Notes: generated from the letters alone by a model not told the origin. Shown: positions 1 to 10,614, counted from the first letter of the stretch. The stretch is 32,000 nucleotides of DNA from an archaeon (GCA_024277355.1 JAJRVL010000002.1:30001-62000); one strand, 5' to 3'. A program made the numbers and translations.

Positions 1-711
1 GGCGAAGAAGGTTATCCAGCTTATCTTGCAGCAAGATTATCAGAATTTTATGAAAGAGCCGGAAGAGTTAATGCTTTAGGTTCAAAAGAAGTAATTGGTT
101 CAGTTACAGCAATTGGTGCAGTTTCTCCTCCAGGAGGAGACTTTTCAGAACCTGTAACTCAAAATACTTTAAAGATTACAAAAGTGTTTTGGGCTTTAGA
201 TGCAAAATTAGCTCACAGAAGACACTTTCCTTCAATTAACTGGCTTGACTCTTATAGTTTATATGCAAACTCTTTAGAAAACTGGTTTATTGAAAATGTA
301 GCAGAAGACTGGGTTAAAATCAGAACTCAAATAATGAATGTCTTACAAAAAGAAGCTTCATTACAGGAAATTGTTCAGTTAATTGGTTCAGATGCTTTGC
401 CTGAAAAAGAACAGCTTACAATGGAAGTTGCAAGATTAATTAGAGAAGGTTTTTTGCAGCAAAACGCATTCCATGAAGTTGACTCTTACTGCAGTCTAAA
501 AAAACAATATGGTATTTTGAAGTCAATTATTTCTTTTTCTGAACAAGCTAATGCAGCAGTTGATGTTGGAGTGCCAATTGAAAGCATAATTAAAATGAAT
601 TCAAAATCTAAATTAACTAAAGTTTCTTTAGTTAAAGAAGAATTATTTGAAAAAGAAACAGAAAAAATAATGAATGAAATGAAAGAAGAATTTAAGTCAA
701 TCGCAAAATAA
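1..711 (+). CDS. atpA: A-type ATP synthase catalytic subunit A, C-terminal part (5' truncated by window)
   Basis: Frame 1 is open from base 1 ([23 protein letters not shown]...[50 protein letters not shown]...), continuous with the tracked ORF 184..711; followed by subunits B and D. Confidence 0.95.
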   Translation, partial: GEEGYPAYLAARLSEFYERAGRVNALGSKEVIGSVTAIGAVSPPGGDFSEPVTQNTLKITKVFWALDAKLAHRRHFPSINWLDSYSLYANSLENWFIENVAEDWVKIRTQIMNVLQKEASLQEIVQLIGSDALPEKEQLTMEVARLIREGFLQQNAFHEVDSYCSLKKQYGILKSIISFSEQANAAVDVGVPIESIIKMNSKSKLTKVSLVKEELFEKETEKIMNEMKEEFKSIAK

Positions 712-730
712 TGTCTGGAGTGATGAGAAA

Positions 731-2272
731 ATGAAAGAATATAAAACAATTGAAAAAATTGCAGGACCATTAATTTTTGTAAAAAAAACTGATCCAATAG
801 GTTATGGAGAATTAGTTAAAATAAAACTTGGAGACGGAACAATAAAAAATGGTCAAGTATTAGATACTTCAGATGATTTAGTTGTTGTACAGGTATTTGA
901 AGGAACTTCGGCAATAGATAAACAGTCAACAGTTAAATTTACAGGAGATACAATTAAACTAAAAGTTTCAAAAGATTTATTAGGAAGAGTTTTATCAGGT
1001 TTAGGCAATCCATTAGATGGCGGACCACAAATAATTCCAGAAAAAGAACAGGATATTATTGGAGCAGCAATTAATCCTTATGCAAGAAGTTCTCCAAAAG
1101 ATTTTGTTCAAACAGGAATTTCAACTATTGACGGAATGAATACTTTAGTTAAAGGACAAAAACTGCCAATTTTTTCTGGTTCAGGTTTGCCTCATAATGA
1201 CATTGCATTGCAAATTGCAAGACAGGCAAAAGTTGAAGGAAATTTTGCTGTTGTTTTTGCTGCAATGGGAATAACAAATGAAGAAGCACAGCAATTCCAA
1301 AGAGATTTTGAACAAACAGGCGCATTAGAAAGAACAATTATGTTTTTGAATTTAGCTAATGATCCTGCAATTGAAAGACTTATTACTCCTAGAATGGCTT
1401 TAACTGCAGCAGAATATTTAGCTTATGAACACGACATGCATGTTTTAGTAATTTTAACTGATATGACAAATTATTGTGAAGCATTAAGAGAAATTGGAGC
1501 TGCAAGAGAAGAAGTTCCTGGAAGAAGAGGTTATCCAGGGTATATGTATACAGATTTAGCTTCAATTTATGAAAGAGCAGGATTAATTAAAGGAAAACAA
1601 GGTTCAGTAACTCAAATTCCAATTCTAACAATGCCAGGAGATGACATAACTCATCCAATTCCTGATTTAACTGGATATATCACTGAAGGACAAATTGTGT
1701 TGGGAAGAGATTTGCATATGAAAGGAATTTATCCTCCAATTGATGTTTTGCCTTGTTTGTCTAGATTAATGAATGCAGGAATTGGCAAAAAAAACACAAG
1801 AGATGACCATAAAGCAGTTTCAAATCAATGTTATGCAGGTTATGCTGAAGGAAGATCTTTAAGAGGATTAGTTGCAATTGTCGGAGAAGAAGCTTTAAGT
1901 GAAAGAGACAGAGGTTTCTTAAAATTTGCAGAACAATTTGAAGACAAATTTATCAGACAAGCAAAAAACGAAAACAGAACAATTTTTGATACTTTAAATT
2001 TAGGCTGGGAATTATTATCAGCTTTGCCTAAAGCAGAATTAACAAGAATTGATGATGAATTAATTGAAAAATATTTAGACAAAGATAAAAGAGAAAAAAT
2101 AAGTGCAGAATTACAGTCAAAAAAACCTGAAGAAAATAAATCAGCAAAATTAGATGTTTCAAAAGAAATTTCTGCACCTAAATCAACAAAATTAATTTCA
2201 TCAAAAACAATACTAAAAAAGAAAACAACAAAAAAACCAGTAAAAAAAGCAGTAAAGAAAAAAAAGAAATGA
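731..2272 (+). CDS. atpB: A-type ATP synthase subunit B with Lys-rich C-terminal tail
   Basis: Motifs such as [99 protein letters not shown]; Shine-Dalgarno-like GGAG upstream. Confidence 0.96.
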   Translation: MKEYKTIEKIAGPLIFVKKTDPIGYGELVKIKLGDGTIKNGQVLDTSDDLVVVQVFEGTSAIDKQSTVKFTGDTIKLKVSKDLLGRVLSGLGNPLDGGPQIIPEKEQDIIGAAINPYARSSPKDFVQTGISTIDGMNTLVKGQKLPIFSGSGLPHNDIALQIARQAKVEGNFAVVFAAMGITNEEAQQFQRDFEQTGALERTIMFLNLANDPAIERLITPRMALTAAEYLAYEHDMHVLVILTDMTNYCEALREIGAAREEVPGRRGYPGYMYTDLASIYERAGLIKGKQGSVTQIPILTMPGDDITHPIPDLTGYITEGQIVLGRDLHMKGIYPPIDVLPCLSRLMNAGIGKKNTRDDHKAVSNQCYAGYAEGRSLRGLVAIVGEEALSERDRGFLKFAEQFEDKFIRQAKNENRTIFDTLNLGWELLSALPKAELTRIDDELIEKYLDKDKREKISAELQSKKPEENKSAKLDVSKEISAPKSTKLISSKTILKKKTTKKPVKKAVKKKKK

Positions 2273-2405
2273 CAACAAAATAAAAAATTAAAAAAATAAA
2301 AAAAGAAAAACACAAGTAAAATAAAAAAAAACAAAAAATAAAATTAACAAAAAATTAATTAAAATAAATTGAAATAAAAAAAAGTTAAATGAAAAGTGTT
2401 TAAGT

Positions 2406-3059
2406 ATGGCTGACATTAAACCAACAAGATCAGAATTAATTAAATTAAATAAAGCAATTAAATTAGCTTCTTCAGGGCATGCATTACTTAAAAGAAAAAG
2501 AGACGGTTTAATTCAGGAATTTTTCAAAGTATTAGAGGATGCAAAAAAATCTAAGTCAGCAATGGCAGATAATTACAAAAAAGCAACTCAAGAAATTAAT
2601 TTAGCCAGAGCAGTTGATGGAACAACAGCAGTTAAATCTGCTTCTTTAGCATTAAAACAAAAAGCAGTAATTGAAGTTAAAACAAGAAATGTAATGGGAG
2701 TAGTTGTTCCTGCAGTTAAATCTGATTACGAAGTAAAAGCTTTTGGAGAAAGAGGTTATGGTTTAATTGGCACTTCATCTTACATTGATGATGCTGCTGA
2801 AAGCTATGAAGTTTTATTGAAAAATATTATTGTTGCAGCAGAAATAGAAAACACGCTAAGAAAATTGTTAACAGAAATTGATAAAACTAAACGAAGAGTT
2901 AATGCATTAGAATTCAAAGTTATTCCTGAAATGAAAAAATCTGCTTCATTTATTCGTTTAAGATTAGAAGAAATGGAAAGAGACGATTTATTCAGATTAA
3001 AGAAAATCAAATCTAAATCAAAAAAGAAAGCTGAACTAAAAGAAAAACAAGTAAACTGA
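2406..3059 (+). CDS. atpD: A-type ATP synthase subunit D
   Basis: IKPTRSELIKLNKAIKLASSGHALLKRKRDGL... coiled-coil and TKRRVNALEFKVIPEM...FIRLRLEEMERDDLFRLKKIK are typical of V/A-type subunit D; operon position. Confidence 0.95.
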   Translation: MADIKPTRSELIKLNKAIKLASSGHALLKRKRDGLIQEFFKVLEDAKKSKSAMADNYKKATQEINLARAVDGTTAVKSASLALKQKAVIEVKTRNVMGVVVPAVKSDYEVKAFGERGYGLIGTSSYIDDAAESYEVLLKNIIVAAEIENTLRKLLTEIDKTKRRVNALEFKVIPEMKKSASFIRLRLEEMERDDLFRLKKIKSKSKKKAELKEKQVN

Positions 3060-3095
3060 TTTTCAGTTAAATTTAAAATAATCTTTTGGCTGTAT

Positions 3096-3118
3096 TAATT
3101 ATTATTATTATTATTATT
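3096..3118 (+). repeat. (TTA)n microsatellite
   Basis: Directly visible taattattattattattattatt run, about six TTA units. Confidence 0.85.
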
Positions 3119-3176
3119 TCATGATTTAGTTGAAGTTGATGCTTCAAGAGGAATAGTTAAAAAAATAAAAAAGTGA
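3099..3176 (+). pseudogene. Possible 3' remnant of a PEP-synthase/PEP-utilizing-domain gene
   Basis: Open codons read LLLLLLFHDLVEVDASRGIVKKIKK*, resembling the V-x-VDa-x-x-GiV end of PEP-utilizing mobile domains; 5' side is a (TTA)n run and a TAA. Confidence 0.3.
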
Positions 3177-3188
3177 AAAAATAGAAGA

Positions 3189-4310
3189 TTAATCTTCTAT
3201 TCCGTTTTCTGTTACTTTATATACTGCTTCTCCGTCTGGAAGTGAAGGACTGTCAACTAATTTTGCAACTCTTTTTTCTGCTTTAGCTTTTCTTAAATAA
3301 ATTCTTGTTTTGCTTGCGTGTGCTACTACATTTCCTCCGATTGGTGCTGTTGGGTCTCCAAACAATATGTCTGGACGAGACATTACCTGGTTTGTAACTA
3401 ATACTGCAACATTATTCATTTCAGCTAATTTCATTAAAGTATGCATATGTTTGTTTAGTTTTTGTTGTCTTCCTGAAAGTGTTCCTCTTCCAATAAATTC
3501 TGCTCTGAACTGAGAAGTCAAAGAATCAACTATAACTAATTTAATGTTTTTTTCTTTTATCATGTCTTCTGCTTTTTCTGCTAAAACCATTTGGTGGTCT
3601 GAATTAAAAGCTCTTGCAACAAAAATGTTTTTCAATACATCTTCTTCATGTAAATCAAATCTTTTTGCAATGCTTACAATTCTTTCCGGTCGAAAAGAAT
3701 TTTCTGAGTCAATATATAATACATTTCCGTTTAAACCGCCTTGTTCTTTTGGCAGTTGAGTTGCAACGCATAACTGAAAGCACCACTGAGTTTTTCCTGA
3801 AGCAAATTTTCCGTAAATTTCTGTTATGCTTTGTGTTTCAATTCCTCCGCCGATTAATTCATCTAATTCTTTTGAGCCTGTAGTAATTTTTCCTATTGAT
3901 GCTCTTCTTTCCTGAATTTTGTCTGCGGTTTCATAACCCATTTCAAGGTTTTCTCTTGCTGCAGTAATTGCTTTTGTTGCAGTAATTTCTCCTAATCCTG
4001 CGGCTTCCATTAATTCTGCAGGAGAAGCTACAGCAATGTTTTCCATTGTTTTATATCCTGCTGCAATTAATTTTTCTGCTGAAGTTGCTCCAACTCCAGG
4101 CAAGTCTGAAATAGTTTTTGCTTTTTTTTCTAGTTTGCTTATTTCTTTTTCAGCATTAGTTGTGGTTTCAGTTTTAGTTTTCTTTTCTGGTGCAATTACT
4201 TCACTTTCAGCATCAGCTGTAATTGTAGTTTTAGTTTTTTTTCCAGGAGTAATTATTTCGCTTTCTCCGGTAGAAACAGTTGTTGTTTTACTTTTACTTT
4301 TTTCGGCCAT
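3189..4310 (-). CDS. radA: DNA repair and recombination protein RadA with repetitive N-terminal extension
   Basis: HhH region [33 protein letters not shown], Walker [41 protein letters not shown]. Confidence 0.96.
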   Translation of the reverse strand: MAEKSKSKTTTVSTGESEIITPGKKTKTTITADAESEVIAPEKKTKTETTTNAEKEISKLEKKAKTISDLPGVGATSAEKLIAAGYKTMENIAVASPAELMEAAGLGEITATKAITAARENLEMGYETADKIQERRASIGKITTGSKELDELIGGGIETQSITEIYGKFASGKTQWCFQLCVATQLPKEQGGLNGNVLYIDSENSFRPERIVSIAKRFDLHEEDVLKNIFVARAFNSDHQMVLAEKAEDMIKEKNIKLVIVDSLTSQFRAEFIGRGTLSGRQQKLNKHMHTLMKLAEMNNVAVLVTNQVMSRPDILFGDPTAPIGGNVVAHASKTRIYLRKAKAEKRVAKLVDSPSLPDGEAVYKVTENGIED

Positions 4311-4478
4311 TTTTTCACACTCCTTTTATTGCATTAAGTTTTTTCAGGTTGTTGTTTTGGCTGAACTCACCTATTAACTTATGCTCATATAACTAAGTCC
4401 CATGCTTTTTAAATATTTTTCAGGGTAAACTGCCGTTGATTTACAAAGATTTTTTAATAAAGAAAAGGATATTTATTT

Positions 4479-5117
4479 ATGAATAAACTTAAAACTGTTG
4501 AAGATATTGCAAAAAAAGAATTACAGGCATTAAGAGAAAACGTTGAAAAATCAAAAGGAAAAGCAATTGTTTTAGTTCATCCTTTTTATTATCAAAAAGA
4601 AAAAGAAATTAAAGTTTCAGAAGAATTAATTAAAAAATCAAAATTTCCTGTAATTATTCTTGAAGAATCAGAAGAAATTCCTTTGCTTAAACAAAGACTG
4701 CAAAAACTAAAAATTCATTCTCCTTTAATTCTGCCTACGGTTTCTAATACTCCTAATTTAAAAGCAAAAGGAGTAAAAGCAATTGTTAACTGGTTTTTTC
4801 CTGCAAGAAAATTAATTTCAATTTTAAGTACTGCAGGAGTAAAAAGAGTTTTTGTTGGAGGAATGGAAACAAGAAAAAAACCTAATTTAAGTGTTTTTAT
4901 GCATGAAAAAAAACAGCTTCCTGCAAACAGAAAGCCTTCAGCAAATACTGTTTCTGATGGCTGTGCAGGACTTGTTTATGAAAAATTAATTAAATCCAAA
5001 AAATTTGATGCAATAAGATTAATTCCTAATACAGTTTTTCCTGATAAACCAAAATATAAATTAAAAACGCCTAAAGTTAAACCAAAGAAACCGAAATTAA
5101 AGCCAAAACTTCGTTAA
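4479..5117 (+). CDS. Hypothetical protein, Lys/Pro-rich C-terminus
   Basis: Long intact ORF of 212 aa ending KPKYKLKTPKVKPKKPKLKPKLR; no family recognised. Confidence 0.75.
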   Translation: MNKLKTVEDIAKKELQALRENVEKSKGKAIVLVHPFYYQKEKEIKVSEELIKKSKFPVIILEESEEIPLLKQRLQKLKIHSPLILPTVSNTPNLKAKGVKAIVNWFFPARKLISILSTAGVKRVFVGGMETRKKPNLSVFMHEKKQLPANRKPSANTVSDGCAGLVYEKLIKSKKFDAIRLIPNTVFPDKPKYKLKTPKVKPKKPKLKPKLR

Positions 5118-5180
5118 TTGCCTTAACATTGAATTTAAAAGCCTTTTTTCACCCTTTATTTTTCTTTTAAGAGGGAAAAA

Positions 5181-6323
5181 ATGATTGCAGACAGATTTAA
5201 TGAATTACAGCCTTCAGCGACTTTAGCTATTAATGCTAAAGCATTAGAATTAAAAGCAAAAGGATTTAATGTAATTAATTTTTCTGTTGGCGAACCTGAT
5301 TTTAATTCTCCTGAAAATGTTAAGCAAGCAGGAGTTAAAGCAATACAAGAAAACTTTACTCGTTATACTGCTGTTCCAGGAATAATTGATTTAAGAGAAA
5401 AAATAAAAGAAAAATTAATGAAAGAAAACAATTTGAATTATTCTGTTGAAGAAATTGTTGTTTCAAATGGAGCAAAACAAGCATTATATAATTCAATTAT
5501 GGTTTTATGCAATAAAATGGATGAAGTAATTATTCCTTGTCCTTATTGGGTAAGTTATAATGCAATGGTTTTGTTGGCTGAAGCAAGACCTGTTTACACA
5601 AAAAATGATTCACTTAAAATAACCTCTGAAGAATTTGAAAATTCAATAACAAAAAAAACTAAAGCAATAATTCTTAATTCTCCAAGCAATCCAACTGGAT
5701 TAATTTACAAAAAAAAAGAATTAGAATCTTTAGCTGAAATTGCAGTTAAAAAAAATGTTTTTGTTTTGTCTGATGAAATCTATGAAAAAATAATTTTTTA
5801 TGAAAAACATTATTCTATTGCATCATTTAATGATGAAATAAAAAATTTAACTGTTACAATTAATGGTTTTTCAAAAACTTATTCAATGACTGGTTATAGA
5901 ATAGGTTATTCTGCTTCAAACAAAGAAATTGCTTCTGCAATAAAAAAAATTCAAAGCCATGCTACAGGTTCTGCTTGTTCTTTTGCACAAAAATCTGCTT
6001 TAGCTTCATTTGAAACAAAAGAAACTGAATCAGAAAAACACATTGAAGAATTAAAGAAAAAAAGAGATTTTACGGCAAAAGAATTAAAAAAAACTAAAAT
6101 TAAATTTATTTTGCCTGATGGAGCATTTTATTTTTTCTTAAATTTAAAAGAAATTTCAGATAATGACATTAAATTATGTTCTGATTTACTTGAAAAAAAA
6201 CATGTTGCTTTAGTTCCAGGAACTCCTTTTGGAATGAAAGGTTATGCGAGATTAAGTTATGCTGTTTCAAACGAAAATTTAATTGAAGGCTTAAAAAGAA
6301 TAAACGAATTTATAAAACAATAA
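5181..6323 (+). CDS. Class I/II pyridoxal phosphate-dependent aminotransferase
   Basis: NFSVGEPDFNSPENVK, NGAKQALYNSI, NSPSNPTGLIY, SDEIYEKI, NGFSKTYSMTGYRIGY (PLP lysine). Confidence 0.95.
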   Translation: MIADRFNELQPSATLAINAKALELKAKGFNVINFSVGEPDFNSPENVKQAGVKAIQENFTRYTAVPGIIDLREKIKEKLMKENNLNYSVEEIVVSNGAKQALYNSIMVLCNKMDEVIIPCPYWVSYNAMVLLAEARPVYTKNDSLKITSEEFENSITKKTKAIILNSPSNPTGLIYKKKELESLAEIAVKKNVFVLSDEIYEKIIFYEKHYSIASFNDEIKNLTVTINGFSKTYSMTGYRIGYSASNKEIASAIKKIQSHATGSACSFAQKSALASFETKETESEKHIEELKKKRDFTAKELKKTKIKFILPDGAFYFFLNLKEISDNDIKLCSDLLEKKHVALVPGTPFGMKGYARLSYAVSNENLIEGLKRINEFIKQ

Positions 6324-6380
6324 ATTATTAAAATAAAAAAAGGAAAAAAATAAAAGAAAACAATTATTTAATTGAATTCT

Positions 6381-7010
6381 TTATTTATTTAATTCAGTTT
6401 GAATTGCCTGCTTTAAATTACTCCATTTGCCAATTTTTTTTCCGTTAACAAAAAAGCTTGGAGTTGAATTTACTCCTTTAGATATTCCTTCCTGAATGTC
6501 TTTATTAACAACTGAATCTTTAGCTGTTCCTTCAAGTGTTGCAGTAAATTTCTCTATGTCTAATTCAAGTTCTTCTGCATATTTAATTAAATCTTCTTTT
6601 TTCAGATTATCCTGATTTTCAAATAATTTATCGTGATATTCCCAGAATTTTCCCTGGTCTCCTGCTGCTTCAGCTGCAACTGCAGCTTTAAATGCATAAG
6701 GATGAATTGAAGTTAAAGGAAAATGCCTGTATTCAAACCGAACTTCATCCTGAAATTCATTTATTGTATTTTTAGCATAATTATAAGCTGAACCGCATGC
6801 AGGACACTGAAAATCAGAATACTCGATTACAACAACTTTTGCATCTATGTTTCCTTTAAACGGTCTTCCATCATTTCCTGTCGGAGCAGGATTATTATTC
6901 ATAACCATAAATCCAATTACTATTACAAGAATAACAACTGCTATTCCGCCATAAAGCATTGAATTAGATTTTTTTTCGGTTTCCATTTTTTTTTCTTTTA
7001 ATTTACTCAA
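6381..7010 (-). CDS. Membrane-anchored DsbA-like thiol oxidoreductase
   Basis: N-terminal TM helix, VVVIEYSDFQCPACGSAYNYA (CPAC), GVNSTPSFFVNGKKI. Confidence 0.92.
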   Translation of the reverse strand: MSKLKEKKMETEKKSNSMLYGGIAVVILVIVIGFMVMNNNPAPTGNDGRPFKGNIDAKVVVIEYSDFQCPACGSAYNYAKNTINEFQDEVRFEYRHFPLTSIHPYAFKAAVAAEAAGDQGKFWEYHDKLFENQDNLKKEDLIKYAEELELDIEKFTATLEGTAKDSVVNKDIQEGISKGVNSTPSFFVNGKKIGKWSNLKQAIQTELNK

Positions 7011-7111
7011 GACAACACCCCTTTTCTTTATTTAATCATCAAACTGTTTAAATTAGTTGTTTTTTTTGTCAGTAATTTTTTTATTAGCAGTTTCTTTTTA
7101 TTTTGTTTTAT

Positions 7112-9706
7112 TTATTTTTTAAAAAAACTTGCTTTAAATCTTTTCATAAGTAATGAGTTTGTTACAACTGAAACTGAACTAAAAGCCATTGCAGTTCCTG
7201 CAATAACAGGGCTTAATAAAATTCCTGTAAAAGGAAATAAAATTCCTGCTGCAATCGGAATTCCAATTACATTATAAGCAAAAGCCCAGAAAAAATTCTG
7301 TTTTATTTTGTTCATTGCATATTTGCTTAATTCAATTGCAGTAACTACATCTCTTAAATCATTTTTAACTAAAATTACATCTCCTGTTTCAATTGCAATA
7401 TCTGTTCCTGAACCAATTGCAATTCCAATGTCTGCCTGAGCCAAAGCAGGAGCATCATTTATTCCGTCTCCTACCATTGCAACTTTAAGGTTTTCTTTTT
7501 GTAATTCTTTTACTTTTTCTGCTTTTTCTTCAGGCAGAACTTCAGCAAAAACTCTTTCAATTCCAATTTGGTCTGCTATGGCTCTTGCAGTTCTTTCATT
7601 GTCTCCTGAAATCATTATTGTGTCAAGGTTCATTTTATTAAGAATTTTTATTGCTTCAAAAGAATTTTCTTTTAATGTATCGGCTACAGCAATAATTCCT
7701 GCAGGAGTATTGTTAACTGAAATTACAACAGCAGTTTTTCCTTGTTTTTCAAGTTTTTGCAGGGAACTTTCAATAAACTCAGTTTTAATTTTATTTTCTT
7801 CCATTAATTTTCTGTTTCCAAGCAGAATATTTTTTTTATTGTAAACTGCCTGAATTCCTTTTCCGCTGATGGAATTAAAGTTTTCTGGTTCCTTTAAAAT
7901 AATTTTTTGTTCTTTTGATTTTTTGACTATTGCTTCTCCTAAAGGGTGTTCTGATTTATTTTCTATTGCTGCTGCAATTTCTAATACTTCTTTTTCTTTA
8001 AATCCATTTAAAGAAATAATATTTGTTACTTCAGGTTTTCCTTTAGTTAAAGTTCCTGTTTTATCAAAAACAATTGTGTTAAGTTCTCCTGTTTTCTGCA
8101 ATGCTTCAGCATTTTTAATTAATATTCCGTGTTCTGCGCCTAAACCTGTTCCAACCATTACTGCAGTAGGAGTAGCCAAGCCAATTGCACAAGGACATGC
8201 AATAATCATTACACTAATAAAAATAGTTAAAGCAAAAAGAAATGCCTGTCCTCCAATAAAAAACCAGAATAAAGCAGAAACAACCGCAATAATCATTACT
8301 GCAGGAACAAAAACAGAAGCAATTTTGTCTCCTAATTCTTGTATTGGAGCTTTGCTTCCTTGTGCGTCTTCAACAAATTTAATTATTTGTGCTAAAGCAG
8401 TTTCTTCTCCAATCTTTTCTGTTTTAAATTTAAAGCTTCCTGTCTTATTTATTGTTGCTCCAATTACTGTGTCATTAATGTTTTTTTCTACTGGAATACT
8501 TTCGCCTGTAACCATGCTTTCATCAATACTTGAATGACCTGAAATTACTTTGCCGTCAACAGGAATTTTCATTCCGGGTTTAACAATAACAATATCTCCA
8601 ACTAAAACTTCTTCTATTGGAATTTCAATTTCTTTTCCGTTTCTTTCAATTAAAGCAGTTTTTGCCTGCAAGCCCATTAATTTTTTTATTGCTTCAGAAG
8701 TTTTTCCTTTAGCTAATGATTCAAAATATTTTCCTAATAAAATAAATGCAATTAAGAACGCTGCAACTTCAAAATACAAATCTTTTGAACTAAACAAAGA
8801 AGAACCAGTTAAAATTGCAATAACTGCAATTAAACTGTAAACATAAGCAGAACCAACTCCAATTGCCACAAGAGAATCCATATTAGGGTTTTTGTTTAAA
8901 ATTAATGCTTTAAAACCAGAAGTAAAAAATCTTCTTCCAATCCACATCACAGGAGTAGCAAGCAAAAACTGAATTATAGCTTCATTTTGCATAATAAATT
9001 CGGGGACAGGTAATGGGAAAAAATTTGAAAACATTAAATACATTAAAGGAAGTGATAAACCAATTGCACTAAGAAATTTATTTTTATATGATTCAATTTC
9101 TTTTTGTCTTGCTTCTTTTTCTATGTCAGATGTTTCTGTTTTTTCTGCTTTATAGCCTGCGTTATCTATTGCTTTAATTAAATCACTTGTTTTTACTTTA
9201 TCTGAATCAAAAAAAACTGTTGCTTTTTGTGTTGTTAAGTTAGTCTGATAACTTTTCACTCCGTCAATTTTTTCTAAAGTGCTTTCAATTATTCCAATGC
9301 AATGCTGTGATTCCATTCCATGAACTTTTAATATAACTTTATTTTTTCCTTTTTCAGGTTCTTTTTTGATTACTCCATAACCTGCTTTTTTTATTGCTTT
9401 TTCAAATAAACCTGAATTGGCTTTATTTTTATCAAAAACAATTGTTGCTTTTTCTGTTGCATAATTAACATTAGCAGATTTAACTCCTTCAACTTTATTT
9501 AATGCTTTTTCTATTGTTAAAGCACAGGAAGCACAATGCATATCTTTAATCAAAATGCTTTGTTTTGAATCAGAAATTAAAGGGTGTTTGTGTTCTTTAG
9601 TTTTTTCTTCCCCTAAAAACTTTTCATAACAATTCTTTGAACAAAAAAAGTATTCTTTTCCGTTCTTAACTGTCTTAAATTTAGCTTTTTCTTTTTCTAT
9701 TTCCAT
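7112..9706 (-). CDS. copA: Copper-translocating P-type ATPase (YHS remnant + two HMA domains)
   Basis: [29 protein letters not shown]-like [71 protein letters not shown]. Confidence 0.96.
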   Translation of the reverse strand: MEIEKEKAKFKTVKNGKEYFFCSKNCYEKFLGEEKTKEHKHPLISDSKQSILIKDMHCASCALTIEKALNKVEGVKSANVNYATEKATIVFDKNKANSGLFEKAIKKAGYGVIKKEPEKGKNKVILKVHGMESQHCIGIIESTLEKIDGVKSYQTNLTTQKATVFFDSDKVKTSDLIKAIDNAGYKAEKTETSDIEKEARQKEIESYKNKFLSAIGLSLPLMYLMFSNFFPLPVPEFIMQNEAIIQFLLATPVMWIGRRFFTSGFKALILNKNPNMDSLVAIGVGSAYVYSLIAVIAILTGSSLFSSKDLYFEVAAFLIAFILLGKYFESLAKGKTSEAIKKLMGLQAKTALIERNGKEIEIPIEEVLVGDIVIVKPGMKIPVDGKVISGHSSIDESMVTGESIPVEKNINDTVIGATINKTGSFKFKTEKIGEETALAQIIKFVEDAQGSKAPIQELGDKIASVFVPAVMIIAVVSALFWFFIGGQAFLFALTIFISVMIIACPCAIGLATPTAVMVGTGLGAEHGILIKNAEALQKTGELNTIVFDKTGTLTKGKPEVTNIISLNGFKEKEVLEIAAAIENKSEHPLGEAIVKKSKEQKIILKEPENFNSISGKGIQAVYNKKNILLGNRKLMEENKIKTEFIESSLQKLEKQGKTAVVISVNNTPAGIIAVADTLKENSFEAIKILNKMNLDTIMISGDNERTARAIADQIGIERVFAEVLPEEKAEKVKELQKENLKVAMVGDGINDAPALAQADIGIAIGSGTDIAIETGDVILVKNDLRDVVTAIELSKYAMNKIKQNFFWAFAYNVIGIPIAAGILFPFTGILLSPVIAGTAMAFSSVSVVTNSLLMKRFKASFFKK

Positions 9707-9729
9707 TCCGCAGGAAGGGTCTTTAACTT

Positions 9730-10116
9730 TTATTTTACCACCATGTCAACAACTTTTTTTAATTTTGCTTCAACTTCAATTCCAATTTCTTCTAATTCCT
9801 TGTTTCCAATTAAATCCATCATAATAGAAGGAAGAATCGCTGAAATAAAAACTTTTCCTTTGTCTTTAAAAATAATTACATTGCAAGGCAAAAACAAACC
9901 AATTTCTTTTTCTGCTTTTAATGTCTTAAATGCAAAAGAAGGATTGCATGCTCCAAGAATTTTATATTCATTAAATTCTTCATTTAATTTTTCTTTTAAG
10001 GTTTTTTTAACATCAATTTCAGTTAAAACTCCAAAACCTTCTTTTTTCAGTTCTTCAAAAGCTTTATTATAAGCTTCCTGAAAACTTCCATTAAATTCTT
10101 TTTTATATCCATACAT
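9730..10116 (-). CDS. DUF302 family protein
   Basis: [44 protein letters not shown]...[33 protein letters not shown] matches the DUF302 pattern. Confidence 0.9.
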   Translation of the reverse strand: MYGYKKEFNGSFQEAYNKAFEELKKEGFGVLTEIDVKKTLKEKLNEEFNEYKILGACNPSFAFKTLKAEKEIGLFLPCNVIIFKDKGKVFISAILPSIMMDLIGNKELEEIGIEVEAKLKKVVDMVVK

Positions 10117-10162
10117 TAAAACACCTCTAATAATTAAAAAGAAAAAAACTAAAAATAGTTTA

Positions 10163-10181
10163 AAGGGCTAAAAAAGCCCTT
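10163..10181 (-). terminator. Hairpin between the leader peptide ORF and the DUF302-copA operon
   Basis: Minus strand AAGGGCT-TTTTT-AGCCCTT, perfect 7-bp arms, followed by an A/T-rich stretch containing TTTTT. Confidence 0.5.
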
Positions 10182-10188
10182 ATTTAAT

Positions 10189-10212
10189 TTAACAACAACC
10201 TGGTCCTCTCAT
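10189..10212 (-). CDS. Candidate 7-codon ORF MRGPGCC in the leader of the copper operon
   Basis: Minus strand TTAGGAGGTGAAAGA-ATG AGA GGA CCA GGT TGT TGT TAA: strong SD at good spacing, immediate stop. Not in the supplied ORF track. Confidence 0.4.
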   Translation of the reverse strand: MRGPGCC

Positions 10213-10222
10213 TCTTTCACCT

Positions 10223-10243
10223 CCTAAACTTAGGCTTGCCTAA
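10223..10243 (-). promoter_or_regulatory. Overlapping inverted repeats adjoining the SD (operator or RNA switch candidate)
   Basis: TTAGGC-TT-GCCTAA (10230-10243) and CCTAA-AC-TTAGG (10223-10234) share bases and abut or overlap the SD (10218-10224). Confidence 0.5.
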
Positions 10244-10281
10244 TATATTGTGAATCATAATCTTATTAAAACTTATTGTGT

Positions 10282-10527
10282 TTAAGCAAATTTATTGTAA
10301 GCCAATGCTATTGCATATCCAAAAACAAAACCAATTATTCCTGCTTCAATTATTCCAAGAATTATTCCTGTTGGGGTCAAAGAAAAAAACATGTGTCCTT
10401 CCTGCATCATGTTCGCCATTCCGGAATAAATTCCAAAATTTCCAAAAACTCCCATTAAAAGCATTGCTAAAGCAGAAACAATTCCTCCTGCATAACCTAG
10501 TGCAAGTTCATTTAATTTTTCACTCAT
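10282..10527 (-). CDS. DUF5676-like small membrane protein
   Basis: MSEKLNELALGYAGGIVSALAMLLMGVFGNFGIYSGMANMMQEGHMFFSLTPTGIILGIIEAGIIGFVFGY; start at 10527 preceded by GGAGGG is preferred over the tracked 10569. Confidence 0.75.
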   Translation of the reverse strand: MSEKLNELALGYAGGIVSALAMLLMGVFGNFGIYSGMANMMQEGHMFFSLTPTGIILGIIEAGIIGFVFGYAIALAYNKFA

Positions 10528-10562
10528 TTTTTCCCTCCTTTTTACTAATCCTATTAGGTAAC

Positions 10563-10579
10563 ATATCATAATATGATAT
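10563..10579. promoter_or_regulatory. Perfect 17-bp inverted repeat between divergent genes (putative PadR-TRASH operator)
   Basis: ATATCATA-A-TATGATAT, 8-bp arms and one central base, between the DUF5676-like start (10527) and the regulator start (10615). Confidence 0.65.
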
Positions 10580-10614
10580 ATCAGTTTTTAAATCTTTTGC
10601 TTTAGCCTTTAATT

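Noticed and set aside
7578-8840. Plus-strand ORFs 7578..7844, 7869..8537 and 8550..8840
   Set aside because: Antisense to the confidently assigned copA; low-complexity hydrophobic or Ser-rich translations are expected shadows of a conserved ATPase.
10276-10571. Plus-strand ORFs 10276..10458 and 10278..10571
   Set aside because: Antisense to the DUF5676-like gene, whose minus-strand product has a recognisable pattern and an SD.
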